A DNA stretch of 64,000 bases, from the NCBI GenBank assembly GCA_963799485.1, contig CAWCXJ010000007.1, forward strand, positions 256,001 through 320,000. Direction: 5' to 3'. Source of the DNA: an uncultured Trueperaceae bacterium. GTDB lineage: Bacteria; Deinococcota; Deinococci; Deinococcales; Trueperaceae. Below the pieces are notes generated by a model. That model had not been told where the DNA came from and ran no database searches. It worked only from the letters and a program-made list of their open reading frames with translations. The position numbers and the translations under genes are program-made. This document shows positions 59,365 to 64,000 of this stretch, in pieces (position 1 is the first letter of the stretch; every line of letters begins with the position of its first letter).

Positions 59365-60475
59365 GCGGCAACTCCAGCTCGAGCCGCGCCCCGTGCGGTC
59401 TCCCTGCCAGCGTCAGCGTGCCGCCTGAAGCCTCGGCACGTCGCCGCAAACTGCGGAGGCCGAAGCCTTCGGTCAGGGGTTCGGAAAGTCCGATGCCGTC
59501 GTCCTCTACCGTCAGCTTGACCCCGGCTGCCGAGCGTTCGCAGCGGAGCCAGAGCCGACTTGCGTGGGCGTGCTTGAGCGCGTTGTGAACGCCTTCTTGC
59601 GCGGCGCGGTAGAGCGTTTCGGCGTGTGCGGGTGAGAGTCCGGGCGGTGGGTGGGCCTCGAGCTGTACCCGCAGCACGCCCTCGGTACGTTCGGCAAGTC
59701 GCGCGAGCGCTCCTTTGAGCCCGCCCTCGAGGTCGGCGGGCCGCAGTACCTCGACGAGCGCCCGCAGTTCGTTCTGCGCGTCCCCTACAAGCGCTTCGGC
59801 GCGCGCCGCTGCGCCTGTTTGCAGCGCCAGTTCAGCGGCGAAGAGAAGTTGCGAGACCGAATCGTGCATCTCGGCGGCGAACCGCTGCCGCTCTTCCAAG
59901 ACCGCTAGATGCTGCGCGGCCTCGGTACGCGCCTCGAGCAGCGTCGCCCGTTCAAATGCGGTGCCGAGCTGCCTGCCGACCGCCGTTAAAAAAGCCAGGG
60001 TCTCCGCGCCGAACGTCTCCCGGCCCGCCGCCGCCAAGTTGAGGATACCGACCGGCCCCGCGCGGCCCAACAGCGGCACGCTGGCGTGCAGCTCGAGCCC
60101 CCCTTTATCGCCCGTAGCAGCCTCCAGGCGACTACAGTGAACGATGTTGACGCCTGCGTCGAGTTGTCCCTGCCGAAACAGCCACTGGCAATCACATGAA
60201 CCCTGACAGAGCGGACGGTTTTCGTGCTCACTGAGTGCAGGCGGCAGCCCCGTCGCCCCGGCAACCGCAAACGTCCCTTGGTGCAAGTCTCCCTGCACGA
60301 CCTGCGTCAGAAAAACCCAACCCGAATGCAAGGGGAGCAGTTCGACAAGTTTTTGCAGCGCTTCTTTAAGCGCTACCGTAAAGTCTGCCTCGCGGTTTAA
60401 GATGTCGCCGATGGCGTTTAAGGTCGAGAGTTCTTCGAGGCGGCGCTCGAGCGCTGAGTGAGCGTTACGGTTCAT
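59357..60475 (-). CDS. GAF-domain sensor histidine kinase (HisKA_3), soluble
   Basis: Cys-rich GAF (LC.GSC.C...C.RL, HASVPL), EERQR.A.EMHDSV.Q, QE..HN..KHA, DDG.G. Confidence 0.9.
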   Translation of the reverse strand: MNRNAHSALERRLEELSTLNAIGDILNREADFTVALKEALQKLVELLPLHSGWVFLTQVVQGDLHQGTFAVAGATGLPPALSEHENRPLCQGSCDCQWLFRQGQLDAGVNIVHCSRLEAATGDKGGLELHASVPLLGRAGPVGILNLAAAGRETFGAETLAFLTAVGRQLGTAFERATLLEARTEAAQHLAVLEERQRFAAEMHDSVSQLLFAAELALQTGAAARAEALVGDAQNELRALVEVLRPADLEGGLKGALARLAERTEGVLRVQLEAHPPPGLSPAHAETLYRAAQEGVHNALKHAHASRLWLRCERSAAGVKLTVEDDGIGLSEPLTEGFGLRSLRRRAEASGGTLTLAGRPHGARLELELPLG

Positions 60476-60478
60476 GCG

Positions 60479-61030
60479 TTACAAGTAGGGCGTCTGCACA
60501 TAGATGTCCGCCGCCGTTAGTTCGGTGTCGGCGCAGGGCACCGGAACGGCTTCCCCCTCGGCAAACACCCGCTCTGCCCAACCTGTTTTCGTCCGGTAGT
60601 AGCCCCACACGAAGCGGCGGCGGCTGTCTACCAGCAGGTACAACGTCAGGCTTGGCAACGTCAGGTAGTTGTAACGCTTCTCGTTCGTATCGGTACGCAG
60701 GGTGCTCGGACTCAGCACTTCAACCAGCACGCAGGGTTTTTCTTTGTAGTAGGGGTTAGGGCCGTCGTCGCAGACGAACATTACATCGGGATAGTAGAAC
60801 GCTTCACCTACGCGGACTTTCATATCGCTGGCGTAAACGCGGCAGTCTTTTCGGCGGGCAGCAGGGGTAAGCGCGAGCGCAAGATTGAGGGTGATGGTGT
60901 TATGCACGTCGCTGGCTCCGGCAAGCGCAAAAACCTCACCGTGAACGTATTCGTGTTTGACAGGGGCGTCTTTTTCACCCTCGAGATACTCCTCTACGCT
61001 CACCCGTAGCCAGCTTTTCGAGGCGTCCAT
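60479..61030 (-). CDS. Uma2 family (DUF820) endonuclease-like protein
   Basis: EEYL..E....KHEY..G...A.AG.S..H, YYPDV, VEVLSPST...D..EK...Y. Confidence 0.9.
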   Translation of the reverse strand: MDASKSWLRVSVEEYLEGEKDAPVKHEYVHGEVFALAGASDVHNTITLNLALALTPAARRKDCRVYASDMKVRVGEAFYYPDVMFVCDDGPNPYYKEKPCVLVEVLSPSTLRTDTNEKRYNYLTLPSLTLYLLVDSRRRFVWGYYRTKTGWAERVFAEGEAVPVPCADTELTAADIYVQTPYL

Positions 61031-61059
61031 GTGGGCATTGTAGCGCACCGGATAAACCC

Positions 61060-62088
61060 TCAAGACCCCGGCAAAATCAGGTGGCTGTCGCCGAACTCGT
61101 GCCACAAATAGCCCGCCCTTAACGCTTCGGCGTAGGCGTCTTGGACGAGCGCCGCGCCCGCGAGCGCGTAGAGCATCTCCAGATGGCTCGCTTCGGGGGC
61201 GTGAAACCCGGTGATGAGGCCGTCAATGACCCGGACGCCGCGCTCAAGCCGCACGTAAAGACGGGTAAAGCCCTCGGTGGCGTGAAGCGCGCCGCCGTAA
61301 AAGGCGGATTCTACCGCGCGCACGACCGTCGTCCCGACCGCGACGACGCGACCCCCCGCCGCTTTTGTCCTGTTGATGGCAGCAACCGTATCGGCGGGAA
61401 CGTAAAAAGGTTCCGGGTAGAGCGTTCCGTTCATCTCCGCCGCGTCTAGGCTGCTTACCCCGGTGTGCAGGGTGATAGTGGCGCGCGCGACGCCTTTTGC
61501 TGCCAGACTCTGCACGACCCGTTCGGTAAAGGGCCGGGCGGCAGAAGGCATCTCGGCGCTGCCGGGGGTGTCGGCAAAGAGCGTTTGATAGGCCGCGAGC
61601 GGTTGCGGCGTCCCGACGTACCCGTAACGGATGGGCGCGCCGTAACGCGCCAGCGCCGCCCCTACGTCCCCCTCCAGGCGGACGAACCAGAGGCGGGGCA
61701 GACCGGGGTAGGGGTGGAGAAACGTCCCCTGAAGGCCCGCCGCCGTAAACGTCTCGCCTGCGCCCAGCGGAAGCGGCCCCGGACGGTCGAAGCCCCGGCG
61801 TGGTTCGGCCAGCCACACCCTGCCGCCGTACTCGGACGAGAGGTTGAGGACGAAGCGCCCCGGCGAGCCCTCGGCCGCCAGACTCGAGCCCAGCGTCGCA
61901 CTCCGGTTGACGACGAGCAGATCACCGGGCCGTAAAAAGTTGGCAAGGTTGGCAAACCGGCTGTGGTGATGCCCGCGCTTCGTACTGACCAACAGCCGCA
62001 CGGCGTCTCGCGAGCCCCCCTTCAGCTCCGGGGGTTCATGCGCTTCAGGCACGGTATGTTCGGGGCCGGGCTGCAGTTCAGGCCACAC
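61060..62088 (-). CDS. QueA-like protein (non-canonical paralog)
   Basis: GDLLVVN.S, YQT.FA, VAVGTTVVRA.ES; canonical QueA motifs substituted. Confidence 0.8.
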   Translation of the reverse strand: MWPELQPGPEHTVPEAHEPPELKGGSRDAVRLLVSTKRGHHHSRFANLANFLRPGDLLVVNRSATLGSSLAAEGSPGRFVLNLSSEYGGRVWLAEPRRGFDRPGPLPLGAGETFTAAGLQGTFLHPYPGLPRLWFVRLEGDVGAALARYGAPIRYGYVGTPQPLAAYQTLFADTPGSAEMPSAARPFTERVVQSLAAKGVARATITLHTGVSSLDAAEMNGTLYPEPFYVPADTVAAINRTKAAGGRVVAVGTTVVRAVESAFYGGALHATEGFTRLYVRLERGVRVIDGLITGFHAPEASHLEMLYALAGAALVQDAYAEALRAGYLWHEFGDSHLILPGS

Positions 62089-62818
62089 GGGGAAGCTCCC
62101 AACGTTCGCCCTGAGCCGCAAAGCGTCCGCCCGACACCCGAAGCGGGTCTTGACCCAAAAGCCACGCCCAAAACGGCAGCGTCACCTCCGGGAGAGGCCG
62201 GTCGCTGATGTCTTCACCGGGGAAAGCGTCCTGGTGCATCTGCGTCTGCAAATCGCCGGGGTCGACGGAGACGACGCCCACATCTTCAAGTTCGGCGGCG
62301 AGTGTGCGGCTCAATAGGTCTAGCGCGGCTTTGCTCGAGCCGTAAGCGCCCCAACCCGGATACGCGCCCACGGCAGCGTCGGACGAAACGTTGACGACGA
62401 GCCCACGCCGCGCCCGCAGCGGCGCTATCGTCTCCTGAACGAGACCCAGCGGTGCAAAAACATTTGTACCGAAAAGTTCCCGCAAACGTTCCAGCGGATA
62501 CCGGGTCAGCTCCGGTAGCGGACTCGCCCCCAAGTCCGAGGCGTTGTTGACGAGTAAGTCGAGCCTACCTTGCCTTGCTGCAACCTCTGCCAGCGCGCGG
62601 CGGTGGGCGGCGTCGGTAACGTCGCCGGGGAGCGCGTGGACAGGGTGTCCGTAGCGCCTTAGCTGCTGGGCGGCGGTTTCAAGGGCAGTTTCGTTACGGG
62701 CGTCGAGGATAAGCGTATAGCCTTGGGCGGCCAAAAAGTCGGCGAGTGTAAAGCCGAGACCTCGGCTCGAGCCGGTAATCAGGGCGACTTTTGCTGAACG
62801 TGGCGAAGCGTGTGTCAT
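62078..62818 (-). CDS. short-chain dehydrogenase/reductase
   Basis: TGSSRGLG, LVNNAS, YGSSK, DPGD. Confidence 0.93.
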   Translation of the reverse strand: MTHASPRSAKVALITGSSRGLGFTLADFLAAQGYTLILDARNETALETAAQQLRRYGHPVHALPGDVTDAAHRRALAEVAARQGRLDLLVNNASDLGASPLPELTRYPLERLRELFGTNVFAPLGLVQETIAPLRARRGLVVNVSSDAAVGAYPGWGAYGSSKAALDLLSRTLAAELEDVGVVSVDPGDLQTQMHQDAFPGEDISDRPLPEVTLPFWAWLLGQDPLRVSGGRFAAQGERWELPRVA

Positions 62819-62898
62819 AAAGGCTGCCTTTCGGTATGGGTTTAATCCCTTACACCGAGTTTAGAAGTGCGAAAACGCGTTGGCCTCCGCCTATAGCC

Positions 62899-63165
62899 CT
62901 AGTCCTATTGCAGATGGCGCTTTTGCCGTTTGTAGTGAGCCTGTCTTGCCTGAGCTTGGCGCCGTCGCTGCCACCACGACCAAGCCAGAACGAACTGTGA
63001 ATCCAACCTGGTATGCCGGAGTAGGAGATAAAACCAGTGCTGCACCTCAGGTACACTTAAGGCGACGAGTTCAGCGGCTGTATCGCCCCTTTTTAGCCTC
63101 GCGAGTACGAAACGCGCGCGTGGACGGGTTGGTACCGGCACATCACGCTTTCGCTCCCAGCCCAC
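62899..63165 (-). mobile_element. IS701-family transposase C-terminal remnant
   Basis: LSVPEV...(WSWW.RR.QA.AR..HY.R) tail typical of IS701 transposases; ends near a CTAG. Confidence 0.6.
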
Positions 63166-63202
63166 GCTTTCCTGGCTGCGCTACGCGCCCAAGCACTAAA
63201 AA

Positions 63203-64000
<798 letters not shown>

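Overview
A ~60% GC chromosomal window from a Deinococcota bacterium, most likely Trueperaceae-like (inferred from Nqo15, a short GidA-like protein, an E3-binding-domain protein and heavy CTCGAG enrichment). Core and metabolic genes: purA, glcDEF, class 3 FBPase, infC-rpmI-rplT, hisD, radA, typA, scpA, mqnD/menG, treZ-treY, a peptide ABC/GGT/CHR/Lrp cluster and a rhamnoside ABC/GH78 cluster. The best candidate for an undescribed system is a ~40% GC islet at 23.8-25.5 kb. It holds a DUF3800-like RNase H-fold gene, overlapping divergent promoters driving a ~100-nt three-stem candidate ncRNA, and a convergent promoter plus hairpin at the gene's 3' end. Other points of interest: an SDR / non-canonical QueA / two-component operon, two highly iterated short motifs (CTCGAG and CCGTAAA), a patch of single-base indels at 6.4-10 kb that looks like assembly error, a nonsense-disrupted serine hydrolase, and an IS110 element abutting an IS701 remnant at the right edge. 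No rRNA, tRNA or CRISPR array was seen. All family calls come from motif recognition by eye, not database searches.
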